Below are positions 1-10,911 of a DNA stretch of 64,000 nt, one piece after another. Where the stretch lies: contig JAZDKB010000018.1 of the NCBI GenBank assembly GCA_043803405.1, positions 1 through 64,000 of the forward strand. Direction: 5' to 3'. The notes below the pieces were generated by a model, which did not search any database, was not told where the DNA came from, and was given only the letters and a program-made list of their open reading frames with translations. The DNA comes from Spirochaetota bacterium. Lineage in GTDB: Bacteria > Spirochaetota > UBA4802 > JAFGDQ01. Numbering within the stretch: the first letter of the stretch is position 1; each line of letters opens with the position of its first letter. A program made the position numbers and the translations under genes.

Positions 1-117
1 TAATATATTAATTATTTTTATATTCTTTGAGTTTAATTTAATGCTCATGCATTAAACTGAAAGTCTCATTTGAAATTATAAAATTGAACTACTTCTTTTA
101 AAGCACAATGTTTCGGA

Positions 118-1983
118 TCACTGCGTTTTCCTTGTAAGAGCTTCCACATGCACAAGCAAAATTGAAACGTCGGACGGGTCAACCCCCGAAATTCTTTGCG
201 CCTGGCCTATCGTTGCGGGCCTTATTCTTGAGAGCTTCTCTCTTGCTTCGTTTTTAAGTCCCTTGATCTTAGAGTAATCAATATCAGCAGGGATTAACTT
301 ATCCTCCAGCCTTTTCATCTTCTCTGCTCTTTCACTCTCTTTCTTTATATAGCCCTCATATTTTATTTCCATCTCCGCAATAGCCGCTATAGTTTCATCA
401 GGGCTTTCGTTCAATGCTTCAAGAATATGCGCAAGCTTTATCTCCGGCCGCTTTAACAGATACCCGGCCTGAAGCTTTGCAGGCAGGTTGTCGCTGCCTG
501 AACCGGAAAGCAGAGACTTTATTTTTTCATCAACCACTATTGTTTTATTTTTCAGTTCATTTGTGTATGCATCGATCCTGTCATATTTTTCTTTCATTCG
601 CGTATACTGATCCTGACCAAGCAGGCCGATCTCCAGCCCGTATGCCATAAGCCTGCGGTCTGCATTGTCCTGCCTCAAAAGCAGGCGGTACTCAGCACGG
701 GAAGTGAACATCCTGTACGGCTCCTCTGTTCCCTTTGTAACAAGATCATCTATCAGAACTCCGAGATAAGCCTCCGAACGCATAAGCACAAGCGGGTCCC
801 TGCCCTGAAGTTTTCTTGCTGCATTAATGCCCGCGATAAGCCCCTGGCCGGCTGCCTCCTCGTATCCGGACGTGCCATTGATCTGCCCAGCGTGATACAG
901 ACCGGAAATCCTTTTTGTCTCGAGCGACTGCTTAAGCTCTGTGGGCGGCACAAAGTCGTACTCAACAGCATAAGCAGGACGCATCACTTCAGCGTTCTCC
1001 AGCCCGGGCACAGTGTGAAGCATATCTATCTGGATATCCTCAGGAAGCGATGTTGAAAAGCCGTTTATGTAATACTCGTTCGTGTGCCTGCCTTCAGGCT
1101 CAAGAAACAGCTGATGCCTCGGCTTATCCGCGAATCGTCTTATCTTATCCTCAATTGAAGGACAGTATCTTGCGCCAATTCCGGTTATTTTTCCGCTGAA
1201 CATTGGCGACCTTGAAAAGTTCGCGCGAATCAGTTCGTGAGTCCTGTCGCCTGTATACGTTATCCAGCAGGGAATTTGTTCTGTTTCAATTTTCTGTGTT
1301 GAAAATGAAAACGGGATAGGCCGCTCGTCCGGCATCTGGATTTCGAGTTTTGAAAAGTCGATTGAATTTTTATTGACTCTCTGCGGGGTTCCGGTTTTAA
1401 GGCGCTTTACGGGAAAACCAAGCTTTCTTAAAGAATCTGAAAGATATTCTGACGAAAAGTCCGCTAACCTCCCGGCCTTCTGGCTGTATTCGCCGATATG
1501 AATGAGACCCTTCAAAAAAGTGCCGGTGCAGATTACAACTGCCTTTGCGGCATATTCCCTGCCTCGTTCAGTAAGCACTCCTTTTACAGCGTCCCCCTCC
1601 GCAACTATTTCTTTTGCAATATCCTGCACAATAGTTAGGCCGCGACGGTTCTCGAGAATCTCTTTCATTCTCAGCTGGTACGCTTTTTTGTCTGCCTGCG
1701 CGCGCGGAGCCCATACTGCTGGGCCTTTGCTCTTGTTAAGCATCTTAAAGTGAATACCTGTCTCGTCTATCACTTTGCCCATTTCACCGCCCAGAGCGTC
1801 AATCTCCCGCACAAGGTGGCCTTTCGCGAGACCGCCAATTGCCGGGTTGCAGCTCATCTGGCAAATTGTGTCAAGGCTGCCTGTAACGAGCAGAGTGCGG
1901 CAGCCCATGCCTGCACAGGCGAGCGAAGCTTCGGCGCCTGCGTGGCCTGCGCCTATTATGATTATGTCGAACTGGTTTTGCAT
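118..1983 (-). CDS. mnmG: tRNA uridine-5-carboxymethylaminomethyl modification enzyme MnmG/GidA
   Basis: GAGHAG FAD motif, [30 protein letters not shown] and [12 protein letters not shown] motifs. Confidence 0.98.
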   Translation of the reverse strand: MQNQFDIIIIGAGHAGAEASLACAGMGCRTLLVTGSLDTICQMSCNPAIGGLAKGHLVREIDALGGEMGKVIDETGIHFKMLNKSKGPAVWAPRAQADKKAYQLRMKEILENRRGLTIVQDIAKEIVAEGDAVKGVLTERGREYAAKAVVICTGTFLKGLIHIGEYSQKAGRLADFSSEYLSDSLRKLGFPVKRLKTGTPQRVNKNSIDFSKLEIQMPDERPIPFSFSTQKIETEQIPCWITYTGDRTHELIRANFSRSPMFSGKITGIGARYCPSIEDKIRRFADKPRHQLFLEPEGRHTNEYYINGFSTSLPEDIQIDMLHTVPGLENAEVMRPAYAVEYDFVPPTELKQSLETKRISGLYHAGQINGTSGYEEAAGQGLIAGINAARKLQGRDPLVLMRSEAYLGVLIDDLVTKGTEEPYRMFTSRAEYRLLLRQDNADRRLMAYGLEIGLLGQDQYTRMKEKYDRIDAYTNELKNKTIVVDEKIKSLLSGSGSDNLPAKLQAGYLLKRPEIKLAHILEALNESPDETIAAIAEMEIKYEGYIKKESERAEKMKRLEDKLIPADIDYSKIKGLKNEAREKLSRIRPATIGQAQRISGVDPSDVSILLVHVEALTRKTQ

Positions 1984-2097
1984 GCCGTATTTTATTCAGA
2001 CAGATTTTTGTAATGACTTTGCGGATAAAAGTATAGCAGTATACCTGATCTGCCAGAACAATCTCTAAGCAAATCAAAAATAAATATTACACAAACG

Positions 2098-2128
2098 CAG
2101 CCGTAGTCCTATGGCAAGCCTGCGGCTG
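2098..2128 (-). terminator. Possible intrinsic terminator hairpin
   Basis: cagccgtag...ctgcggctg inverted repeat, followed by a short T run on the minus strand, downstream of ORF 2147-2620. Confidence 0.4.
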
Positions 2129-2146
2129 AAAACTTACAGAAGAATA

Positions 2147-2620
2147 TTATTTCTTTTCATTTGACCAGGAATCCGCAGCATCCTCAATTTCCTGACGCAA
2201 TTCCTCAAAAACCACTTCCCTGGTATCTTTCAACATTTTTTGTTTGTTATAGTATTTTTTCAGATCAGGGGTTTCGGATACCCCGTTTTCCTTACATACC
2301 ATTTTAAAAAATGCCTGGAGATCGATCTTTTTGCCCGATTGAGAGTAATCAGCAATAAGAACACCAAGCCATGCGGTAAAATCCAGTCTCTCTTTTCCGC
2401 GCATACGCTCTTTTATGAGAAATACACCCTTGGCAGTCAAAACAGTAGCGATTAAAAAAACAGTAACCCAGATAAAAATAACGACAATAACCGCAGCATT
2501 CCCGAACCATGAATAATTCAGCAGGTATTTTAAATAAGATCCGAAATAAATTAATATAATCAAAACCGCATAAAGCAATGCTGCAATTCCAAATATCTTT
2601 TTTTCTCTTCTGTTCAGCAT
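2147..2620 (-). CDS. Hypothetical membrane protein with two N-terminal TM helices
   Basis: 157-aa ORF with an AGGAG RBS and two hydrophobic segments. Confidence 0.7.
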   Translation of the reverse strand: MLNRREKKIFGIAALLYAVLIILIYFGSYLKYLLNYSWFGNAAVIVVIFIWVTVFLIATVLTAKGVFLIKERMRGKERLDFTAWLGVLIADYSQSGKKIDLQAFFKMVCKENGVSETPDLKKYYNKQKMLKDTREVVFEELRQEIEDAADSWSNEKK

Positions 2621-2653
2621 AGTATATTCTCCTTAACAGACTTTTTAAAAACA

Positions 2654-4459
2654 TTATTGCTTAATATCTTTGCAAATTTCCCTGGAAATTTTTAATATTT
2701 CCCTAATGTTATATTTGTCTATTTCAACATCAAGAAAAAAATCATTTTTTGATTTTAAAAAAGCAGGACAGCGGTATTCGGAATTCAGCCTGTCGGTATA
2801 TCTCTTGTAAAATACTGACAACTTTTTTTCGCTGAACAGCAGCTTTTGCCTGTTATTGACGGATAAGGAGCGAATATCAACGGCATCGGTCCTCAACAGA
2901 TCCTCAGGCTTCACATAATCAGCAGGATATCCTGAATCGTACCATGAATCTGCGATTTTCCTCGGCTCGAAAATATCTGTTAAAAAAGACGCGGTAAACA
3001 GATCGCCCGCATAGCCTGTGCTGAACATTCTGCGCGCTCCGCTTTCCCTGTCAGTCAGCAAAGGTACGGGAATAACGCTGTAATGCTCTACTCTTTTTTC
3101 CCCTGCAATGCTTCTGGCTAAATTATAAATTTTGGCGTTCTTGAATACATATTTTTCCGGGAATGTGATCTCCAGCATACTGTTAATTTTTTCTTCCGAA
3201 AAAAACCTTAAAATATTATCCTCAAATTCCTTTTGATCCTTGCTTAAAATATAGAGTACAGCCACCAGGTAGCTCCACGAGGATGTATATATCATATCCA
3301 GCTTAATATCTTTTTCATACAATGAACTGAAAAAACCCGAAAGGAATAATGAATTTGCATAATTAGTCTGTATTGTTAAAGCAGTTCTTTCACGCGTTAT
3401 CAGTTCGCCTGTTTCGCTGAAAATCTGCGGTTTTTCTTTTGATAGCACAATTCGTTTAAGCTCTGAAAGCAGTTTTTCTTTGCTGTTTATTTCAAGGTCT
3501 TCCAGTATGTATCCGCCTTCGAAAGTGCCTATATTTCTGGCATAAAAACGATTTAAAATATAATATACTCTTTGCCCGTCTTTTAACTCTGAATCGAAAA
3601 AACCGTAAAGTTCTGTTTTAGCCTTTAAACTCTTTACCAGCGGGAAAATAATATCCGATACTCCCAGAACGCTCCTCGTGAAATCCTTTTTAAAATCTGA
3701 ATGATCTATTATGATATATTTGTATTTCTGCGAAAGAAGAAAGATAATCGGAGACATTATACCCGGATTTATTTTAATCTTTGAGCCTGATAAAATATTC
3801 AGCATTGAAAGATTCTCGCTGACATTTATGACGCGCTCAAAAACAGACGCATTCTCATCCGATTTCTGTGAAATGGCAGGTGGAATATCTTTTTCAAAAA
3901 TATTGAAAACAGAATTGCCATTATATGAAGCGTCAAGAATAACAGAAGGCGCCTGCGCCGAAAGAATTATTCCGAGAGCAGCAGCAAAAAGAGAATTGCC
4001 CGAATTATGATGCTGGCTTAAAACAGTAATAACTTTGCTGCCGCGGTTTAAAAAATCGTTTCCCGCATCGGTTACATCAAATCCATTTGTTTTAATATTC
4101 CGGATATAACCCCTCATACCTTTAAAAGAAGTTAAAAACAGTTTATACATTTCAGCAGGATTAATAAGAGCAATAGCAGAATCTCTTGCTGCCTTTATTG
4201 ATCCGGTATGGTGACTGAGCGCGAACGGTATTTCCCCGAAAAAAGACCCCGGAGCAAGGTACGCGATCTCTCCCTTAACCAAAGGCCCCAGTTCAAACAT
4301 TCCATCCAGGACAGTCCCGAATGATTTAATTTTTTTTATATCAATCCTTTCGTTTTTTTGAACGTATTTTACTTCCGCAATACCGGATAGTTTTTGTATT
4401 TCATCTGAAGTTAAATGATTAAAGAATGGAATTCTTTGGAGGATATAGGGAAGATTCAT
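2654..4459 (-). CDS. cNMP-binding domain + ParA/MinD-like domain + degenerate patatin-like domain protein
   Basis: N-terminal IPFF..LT..EI..L and LAPGSFFGEI (cNMP); VITVLS..HNSGNS and IIID (P-loop-like); the C-terminal region follows the patatin layout. Confidence 0.65.
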   Translation of the reverse strand: MNLPYILQRIPFFNHLTSDEIQKLSGIAEVKYVQKNERIDIKKIKSFGTVLDGMFELGPLVKGEIAYLAPGSFFGEIPFALSHHTGSIKAARDSAIALINPAEMYKLFLTSFKGMRGYIRNIKTNGFDVTDAGNDFLNRGSKVITVLSQHHNSGNSLFAAALGIILSAQAPSVILDASYNGNSVFNIFEKDIPPAISQKSDENASVFERVINVSENLSMLNILSGSKIKINPGIMSPIIFLLSQKYKYIIIDHSDFKKDFTRSVLGVSDIIFPLVKSLKAKTELYGFFDSELKDGQRVYYILNRFYARNIGTFEGGYILEDLEINSKEKLLSELKRIVLSKEKPQIFSETGELITRERTALTIQTNYANSLFLSGFFSSLYEKDIKLDMIYTSSWSYLVAVLYILSKDQKEFEDNILRFFSEEKINSMLEITFPEKYVFKNAKIYNLARSIAGEKRVEHYSVIPVPLLTDRESGARRMFSTGYAGDLFTASFLTDIFEPRKIADSWYDSGYPADYVKPEDLLRTDAVDIRSLSVNNRQKLLFSEKKLSVFYKRYTDRLNSEYRCPAFLKSKNDFFLDVEIDKYNIREILKISREICKDIKQ

Positions 4460-5805
4460 TAAATTTTACTCAATATTTCTACAAGCTTGCTTTTCCCGTA
4501 CAGGTCAATAGGCCTTGTATTCGCAAATTCTACTGCGGACTGGGAAAAATCGCCTGCGGTAATAATTGCAATTCTTGTGGCGTTCTTTGTTCTTAAACTT
4601 TCGTGGAGTTTTCTCAGCACGCTATCCGATATTAAATTTGTGCTACGGATTATTTTTATAAGCCTGTTGCTTTTTTTCATGTTCCTGAAGCGGCCTTCCG
4701 GTTCGCTTGCAATAATTTCAACTTCAGTATCTGTTGTTTCTATTTCTATTATATTATATCCCAGCACTTCAACCATTTTTCTGCAGATAATTTCAAACTG
4801 AGCCAGACCGGCAATTAAAAAATCCTTTACATTATCATCCTGCCTCAGTTCGCCGTATTTGTTTAATTTATCCTGTACATCCCTGAAGTTCTTTTTAAAT
4901 TTATATATAGTCTCCCAGTTTATTATCGCTGAATGAATATCTCTCATCTTTTCCTGGGCTTCGGCCATAAAATACCTTAAATTCATTTCAGCATCGCTGC
5001 CTTTTCTGGCATATCTTAATCCCTTATCGAATTCAAGAATCGCTTTCGGGTACTGATCCCTTTCGATATAACATGTCCCCTTTGCCAGATAGCATTTAAC
5101 TATCAGTTCGTCATCCTTGCTTGCAACATCAAATTCCTTTACAGCCCAGTCATAATCGCTTAGTTGCCTCAATACAAGCCCAAGAAAATAATGTGCTTTA
5201 TAATTAGCATGGTCAATTTTTATTGCTTCAAGGAGGGCCTGTTTTGCGTCATTATATGACTGCAGCCTGTATTGGCTCTGCCCCAGATAATAATAAGATA
5301 AATCGTGCGTGTTGTTCAGAGCGATACTTTTTTTAAAGTATGATAATGACTTTTCGAATACTCCTGCATTAAAAAATATAACCCCTAATTCAAAATAATT
5401 TCTAAAATTTACGCTGTCTATCTGTGTTAATATCAGGAATTCTTTTTTTGCTTCTTCGGTGGCGTTACGGTCCTTATATATATTTGCAAGAATAGAACGA
5501 ACCTCGATCTCCTTTACTTTATCATTGAACTTGCCAAGCTTTAAAACCTGTCTTAATTCCAGAATTGCATATTGCAGATTATTCTCCATCTTATATGCTT
5601 TTGCCAGCAAAAAATGCGCATAAACGTCTCTGTCATCCTTTTCCAGTAATTCATTTAATCTTTTTATCGCCTGGCCTGTCTGGCCGTTTTCCAGCATCTT
5701 TGCAATTTCTTCAATTTTTCTCGGTGCTACAAATATATTGAAAAAATATAAAGCAAAGATCACGGCAATAATGACGGAAACGAAAATCATTAAATAGATC
5801 AACAT
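4459..5805 (-). CDS. Membrane-anchored TPR protein with a C-terminal Mrr-like restriction-endonuclease-fold domain
   Basis: N-terminal TM, many TPRs, C-terminal FEIICRKMV..LGY and IITAGDFSQSAVEFA..RPIDL (Mrr_cat-like). Confidence 0.8.
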   Translation of the reverse strand: MLIYLMIFVSVIIAVIFALYFFNIFVAPRKIEEIAKMLENGQTGQAIKRLNELLEKDDRDVYAHFLLAKAYKMENNLQYAILELRQVLKLGKFNDKVKEIEVRSILANIYKDRNATEEAKKEFLILTQIDSVNFRNYFELGVIFFNAGVFEKSLSYFKKSIALNNTHDLSYYYLGQSQYRLQSYNDAKQALLEAIKIDHANYKAHYFLGLVLRQLSDYDWAVKEFDVASKDDELIVKCYLAKGTCYIERDQYPKAILEFDKGLRYARKGSDAEMNLRYFMAEAQEKMRDIHSAIINWETIYKFKKNFRDVQDKLNKYGELRQDDNVKDFLIAGLAQFEIICRKMVEVLGYNIIEIETTDTEVEIIASEPEGRFRNMKKSNRLIKIIRSTNLISDSVLRKLHESLRTKNATRIAIITAGDFSQSAVEFANTRPIDLYGKSKLVEILSKI

Positions 5806-6022
5806 TGTATTTTATTCCTGGATTGCTTTTTATTAAATTCTTAATTTAACTAAATCTATTAAATTTCAAAATTGTATTCTTTTTTAGTATTTTTTAGACG
5901 AGTTGAACTTATTTTATTATCGGCATTTACAAAAATGGCAAAAGTGAAAATGAATTCGTATTCACATAATTAAAATTATGTTGACAGCAAGCCCGCTCCC
6001 GGCTTTTTATGTAAAGCATCTC

Positions 6023-6095
6023 GGGGATGTAGCTCAGCTGGGAGAGCGCTTGAATGGCATTCAAGAGGCCAGGGGTTCGATCCCCCTCATCTCCA
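6023..6095 (+). tRNA. tRNA-Ala(GGC); CCA not encoded
   Basis: GGGGATGTAGCTCAG...CTTGA-ATGGCAT-TCAAG...GGTTCGATCC cloverleaf; TTGACA at 5981 upstream. Confidence 0.97.
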
Positions 6096-6155
6096 AATAA
6101 TGCCACTTTATCAGTAAACAGCAAAATTTCCGAAAAGTCAAGCCAAAAGAATTAA

Positions 6156-7376
6156 TTACAGCCTGTGAATCACAAGCCCGTCCCTTAATTTGGGTTCAAA
6201 CCATGTCGATTTTGGGGGCATAAGCTTATCCTCGTCAGAGACCCTGATAAGCTCATCAATTAGTACTGGTTCCAGTGAAAAGGCAACAGCAAATTTCCCA
6301 GAATCCACCAGTCTTTCCAGTTCTTTCTCGCCTCTGACACCGCCAATAAATTCAATTCTTTTATCGTTCCTGGGATTTTTAATATTTAGAACAGGATCCA
6401 GTATTGTGTCATGTAATATTTGCGAGTCCAGGCTTTTAACAGCATCATCCGGTAAACCGAATTTCGGTACAAGTTTATACCACTTGTTTTGTAAATACAT
6501 ACGGAAACAATGCTTTTCCGCAATTATATTTATTTTTTCAATCGTGTATTTTTCTTCTAATTTTTTAAAATACTCATCAATAGACAAGCCGTTCAAATCC
6601 GTTACAGCCCTGTTGTACGGCATTATTAAAAGCTCATTATGAGGGAAAAGTGTTGCGACAAACCAGTTATAATTTTCCGTCCCTGTATGCTTCGGATTTT
6701 TTTCTTTTCTTTCCAGCCCTACCTTCACTGCCGAGTATGCCCTGTGATGGCCATCCGCTATATAAAGAACCTCATCCGCGAATGCTTTTTTAAATCCGCC
6801 GATAATTTCTTTATCCGAAATTACTCTAAAAATATGCCTTATCCCGTCTGCAGACAAGAAATCATACTCTGGCTTAATCTGCATGGCTTTATCAAACAGA
6901 GCCTTTTTTCCGCCGTCTTCTTTGTAAAATAAAAAAACAAGCCCGGTCTGCGCATTCAAAATATCAATGTGTTTCCTTCTGTCTTCAGCCTTTGAATCCA
7001 GAACAAGCTCGTGCTTCTTAATTATGTTATTCAGATAATCATCAATATGAAAACAGCTTACAAGCCCGGTCTGTGCCCTGCCGTTCATTATCAATGTATA
7101 TAGATAAAGATTCTCGGCATGATCCTGGATCAGTGCGCCTTCTTTTATCAGTGATTCAAGGTTTTCCTTTCCTTTAGCGTAAACAGCATTATCATATAAG
7201 TTTATCTCTTCAGGGAGGTCAATTTCCGGACGCGTGACATGATAAAAATTATATTTGTTTTTGCCTGCTATTGCTTTTGCTTCGGCAGTATTTACAACGT
7301 CATAGGGAAGCTCTGCAACCGACGAAGCAATATCTTTTCTTGGCCTTATTCCTTTAAATTCTTTTAATTTTGCCAT
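6156..7376 (-). CDS. DUF1015 family protein
   Basis: PYDVV, YIADGHHR and MPPKSTWFEPKLRDGL motifs. Confidence 0.9.
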   Translation of the reverse strand: MAKLKEFKGIRPRKDIASSVAELPYDVVNTAEAKAIAGKNKYNFYHVTRPEIDLPEEINLYDNAVYAKGKENLESLIKEGALIQDHAENLYLYTLIMNGRAQTGLVSCFHIDDYLNNIIKKHELVLDSKAEDRRKHIDILNAQTGLVFLFYKEDGGKKALFDKAMQIKPEYDFLSADGIRHIFRVISDKEIIGGFKKAFADEVLYIADGHHRAYSAVKVGLERKEKNPKHTGTENYNWFVATLFPHNELLIMPYNRAVTDLNGLSIDEYFKKLEEKYTIEKINIIAEKHCFRMYLQNKWYKLVPKFGLPDDAVKSLDSQILHDTILDPVLNIKNPRNDKRIEFIGGVRGEKELERLVDSGKFAVAFSLEPVLIDELIRVSDEDKLMPPKSTWFEPKLRDGLVIHRL

Positions 7377-7402
7377 AAAACCTCAATGGTAATATAAATA
7401 CA

Positions 7403-7804
7403 TCACGCCATATTAATGTCCCATATACGCAACCCCGGAATCTTTTTAAAATGCCTGTCATAAGTTATAAGAACAGACCCTGTCTCAATTGAATGGGCAG
7501 CTATCCAGACATCATTAATGGGGATGGGGGTTCCATTTATCTTAAGCACATCCTTTATTTCAGCAAAAATTTCAGATGTTTCTGTCGTTGCACCCAGAAC
7601 GCTTACGCTTGGTTTATCTATAAACTTCCTAATAATTTCCCTGTTCCATGATTCCTTTGAACCGCCTTTGAATCCGTAATACAATTCACCGAGTACAATA
7701 ACTGACATGTACACAATATCCGCTCTGGAAATGACATTGAGTACGTTCTCATCACCGCTAAAGAATCTGGCGTATGCGTTTGTATCAAGCAATATTTTTT
7801 TCAT
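7403..7804 (-). CDS. vapC: Type II toxin VapC (PIN domain)
   Basis: LDTNAY, GELYYG, PINDVWIAA and TYDRHF motifs. Confidence 0.93.
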   Translation of the reverse strand: MKKILLDTNAYARFFSGDENVLNVISRADIVYMSVIVLGELYYGFKGGSKESWNREIIRKFIDKPSVSVLGATTETSEIFAEIKDVLKINGTPIPINDVWIAAHSIETGSVLITYDRHFKKIPGLRIWDINMA

Positions 7805-8058
7805 TCCCAGTCTTCTTTATTTATTTTATTTAGATCTTTTATTTTCGAATTGAATTCATTTTCATCATTTTTTGACCAGACTGCAAATAGATCCAGAAAT
7901 TCTTCTCTATGATCCGAACCTTTTTTTAAATTTAATCCGAGCGCCTGCTTTAGAAGAATTTGTATTGTCTTATTAAGACTTATTTTCTGGCTCTTTGCCT
8001 TTTCATGAATTAATGATTCAATCGAATCATCCATATTATGAATTGTAATGGATTTCAT
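7801..8058 (-). CDS. Antitoxin (RHH/FitA-like) of the VapBC pair
   Basis: MKSITIHNMD...SLNKTIQILL ribbon-helix-helix pattern; ATGA overlap with vapC. Confidence 0.85.
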   Translation of the reverse strand: MKSITIHNMDDSIESLIHEKAKSQKISLNKTIQILLKQALGLNLKKGSDHREEFLDLFAVWSKNDENEFNSKIKDLNKINKEDWE

Positions 8059-8224
8059 ATATCACCTCAAAATGAACCATAATTGGTTAATTATAGTTCA
8101 AATATATATTCAAATTTTAAATAATGCAAGTATTTTTACCGAAATCTATTTTAGTAATTTTAGGGATTGCATCTGTTCAACAGCGGGATGATTTTTAAAG
8201 GAAGGATATCTTGTTCCGAATTAT

Positions 8225-8362
8225 TTATTTTGAACTTTTTCTTTCTTTAATTTTTAAAAGAACATTGATGTTTTTTTTATGATCTCTTTTTATTACGAAC
8301 CCGTCTTTTTTAAGGGATTTTTCGATTTTATACGCAATAAAATCCACTATTTTATCGTTCAT
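8225..8362 (-). CDS. Small 45-aa basic protein (below the ORF-track cutoff)
   Basis: Translated by hand as MNDKIVDFIAYKIEKSLKKDGFVIKRDHKKNINVLLKIKERKSSK; GGAAGGA RBS upstream. Confidence 0.6.
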   Translation of the reverse strand: MNDKIVDFIAYKIEKSLKKDGFVIKRDHKKNINVLLKIKERKSSK

Positions 8363-8550
8363 CAATATCCTTCCGGTTCAGTTTATTTTTTCAATATTTT
8401 TATAATCGGACGTGTTATTAAATGAGTTGAGAAATTTTCCCGCTATTATGTGTAATTTCTTTTATCTTGAATTACTAATTCAACCATAAACTGCAATTTA
8501 AAAGAACAATAGATTAAATAATATTTAACAATATATCGAAGAAATAAGTA

Positions 8551-10116
8551 ATGAATACCGGAACTGTTAAATACAATATCGAAGCATCGAAAGACGGAAT
8601 GCCGACTTTGTCAGTAATTAATGACTCAGGGAAAACCGTATATTTTCACAGCAAATACAATCCGCTAAAAGAAGCAGAAATCTTAAAAAGCAAATTTTTG
8701 CCCCAAAAGTTTGACGCAATAATTATTCTGGGCGCGGGGCTAGGGTATCATTTGCTGGCCCTTAACAGTATTAAAGAAAAGTATAATACAATAATTATTA
8801 TTGATATTATTAAGGATATTGAAAAAGAAATCGCTAAGAATCCGGAGACATGTTTCCTCACGAAATCAGCTGAGATAAAATTTATAACAGGCATGGATTA
8901 TGACAGTATTGAAGACGCATTAAATACCGAGATCGATTTCAGCGAAATAAAAGGTCTCGATATTATCGATCATCCTCCTTCTGTAAGCGCTTTCGGAGAA
9001 TATTATAATGAAGTAAAAAACATAATACGCAGGCTTATCAATATTAAGGCAGGGAATATCGCCACGCAAAAAGCGTTCGGCTGGATCTATCTTAAAAATA
9101 TTTTTAAAAATTTTTCCGCTTTGCCTGAAATGCACCCTGTATCCGCGTTATTTAATACCATGAATAAATACGCTGCAATAGTCGTTGCAGCAGGGCCGGG
9201 CATTGAAAATAATATCCGGGAGATCAAAGCCGCTCAGAACAGATTCTTTATAATTGCTGTTGATTCTGCGATGAAAACTCTGACGCATAATGGAATTATT
9301 CCGGATTTTTTCGTGTCTATTGATCCGCAGGGATTTAACCTTGAACATTTAACCGGCCTTGATACAGGCAGAACGGTCCCGCTGTTTTCTGTTTCATCCA
9401 GTCATCTTGTTGTGGAAAAATTTAAGGGACAGCGCGCGCTTTTATCGCTTAATACGCACCCGGTTTCGCAGATCATTGACGACATGTTCCCTGAAATTAT
9501 CGGGCACACAGATTCGAAAACAGGCACTGTTGCAGGCGATGCGGTAATGTCTGCAAAAGAATTCGGGTACAATGCGATCGGGCTTGTAGGCTTTGACTTT
9601 TCATTCACGCATTTTAAAATATATCCGCGCGGTACAGCATATCAGAAAAGATTTGCGAACGCCGGTTCCAGGTTCAATACTGTCGAAACCATCAATTATA
9701 ATTATATAATGAAATCGAGCAAAGGTTTAAAGCACGGGAATAAATTTACGCGAAGGTCTTTTCTCAGATATAAAGAATCCATGGAAAACTTCGTTAAGAA
9801 TTCCGGCATTATAAATATGTTCAATATTAACACAATAGGAATACCGGTTCAGGGCATTAAAAATATAGATTTACAATATTTTATTGATGCTTACTGCGGT
9901 TCTGAAATAAATAAGCACGAAATTATTGACAGCATATTTGCAGAAAAAATAATTACCGGGAAATCAGTTTCTTTTTCAAAAATTAAGGCGTTTATTCTTA
10001 AAAATAATATTTTCAGCGAGATAATGAGAGCCTCTCTTGATGCAAAAACAGCAGAAAAAAAAGGCATAAAATTAAAAACAATTTTGAAAAACACAAGTAG
10101 TCATCTCAAACTTTAA
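8551..10116 (+). CDS. DUF115 / motility-associated factor (Maf)/MptE-like protein
   Basis: HSKYNP..EA, GAGLGYH, AAGPG, AVDSA, PDF..SIDP and GFDFS motifs. Confidence 0.85.
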   Translation: MNTGTVKYNIEASKDGMPTLSVINDSGKTVYFHSKYNPLKEAEILKSKFLPQKFDAIIILGAGLGYHLLALNSIKEKYNTIIIIDIIKDIEKEIAKNPETCFLTKSAEIKFITGMDYDSIEDALNTEIDFSEIKGLDIIDHPPSVSAFGEYYNEVKNIIRRLINIKAGNIATQKAFGWIYLKNIFKNFSALPEMHPVSALFNTMNKYAAIVVAAGPGIENNIREIKAAQNRFFIIAVDSAMKTLTHNGIIPDFFVSIDPQGFNLEHLTGLDTGRTVPLFSVSSSHLVVEKFKGQRALLSLNTHPVSQIIDDMFPEIIGHTDSKTGTVAGDAVMSAKEFGYNAIGLVGFDFSFTHFKIYPRGTAYQKRFANAGSRFNTVETINYNYIMKSSKGLKHGNKFTRRSFLRYKESMENFVKNSGIINMFNINTIGIPVQGIKNIDLQYFIDAYCGSEINKHEIIDSIFAEKIITGKSVSFSKIKAFILKNNIFSEIMRASLDAKTAEKKGIKLKTILKNTSSHLKL

Positions 10117-10240
10117 TAAATCGGAATATCGCAAAATTTACTCCGAATCAGGCCTTCCCGGTTAATTTTTCATGTTTTCGATGGCTGTAGCGTCAGGCCC
10201 GAAAGGCGTCCTCATAAATTTTGCGATATTCCAATTTATT
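10115..10240. repeat. Palindromic element family A, copy 1
   Basis: 26-bp terminal inverted repeat with 1 mismatch; interior similar to 50804-50928. Confidence 0.85.
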
Positions 10241-10314
10241 ACCGGTTAATTATCTAAATTAATATTTTTAAAACAGATTCTAAAAAAACATAATCTAAAT
10301 TATATCGAGGTAAA

Positions 10315-10911
10315 ATGAAAATCGGTGTAACCGGAATTTACGCTTCAGGCAAGGGCACGGTTTGCTCAATGTTCGAAGAGCTTGGCGCAAAAGTAATTGA
10401 TACTGACATACTGGCAAGAGAAGTCGTGGAGCCTGGAACTCAGGGACTGGAGGCATACGTAAAAGAATTCGGAAAAGAAATACTGAATGCGGACGGAAGT
10501 TTGAACAGGCGGGTACTTGCAAACATTGTATTTAAGGATCCGAGCAAGGTTAAGCTGATAAACGAAACCACGCATCCTTTAATTCTGCAAAAGATGCTGG
10601 AAATTATCAGCGCTGCACCAGATAAAATATATATGGTCAACACTCCTCTTTTATACGAAACAGATTTTCATAAATATATGGATTATAACATAGCTGTTTT
10701 CGCCAATAACGACCAGGTTATTAAGCGCGGCGTTGGGCGGGACAATATTACTGAAACGGAAATAAAAGACAGGCTGAATAATCAAATTTCTCTAAATGAA
10801 AAAGTAAAACTTGCCGATTATGTTATTGATAATTCCAATACAATTGAAAATACAAAAAGGCAGGTATTAGAAATATGGAAGACTTTGCAACAAAAGATCA
10901 GAAAGGCATAA
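10315..10911 (+). CDS. coaE: Dephospho-CoA kinase
   Basis: GVTGIYASGKG P-loop, ID.D..AREVV and PLLYE motifs. Confidence 0.95.
   Translation: MKIGVTGIYASGKGTVCSMFEELGAKVIDTDILAREVVEPGTQGLEAYVKEFGKEILNADGSLNRRVLANIVFKDPSKVKLINETTHPLILQKMLEIISAAPDKIYMVNTPLLYETDFHKYMDYNIAVFANNDQVIKRGVGRDNITETEIKDRLNNQISLNEKVKLADYVIDNSNTIENTKRQVLEIWKTLQQKIRKA

Noticed and set aside
5927..6124. 65-aa minus-strand ORF
   Set aside because: Antisense shadow of tRNA-Ala.
6023..8058. tRNA-anchored integrative element carrying vapBC
   Set aside because: No integrase and no duplicated tRNA 3' end found; the DUF1015 gene between them looks like ordinary chromosomal content.
10141..10214. Hammerhead ribozyme or known riboswitch in repeat family A
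   Set aside because: TGAG/GAAA words occur, but I could not arrange a proper CUGAnGA...GAAA...UH core or any aptamer I recognise.
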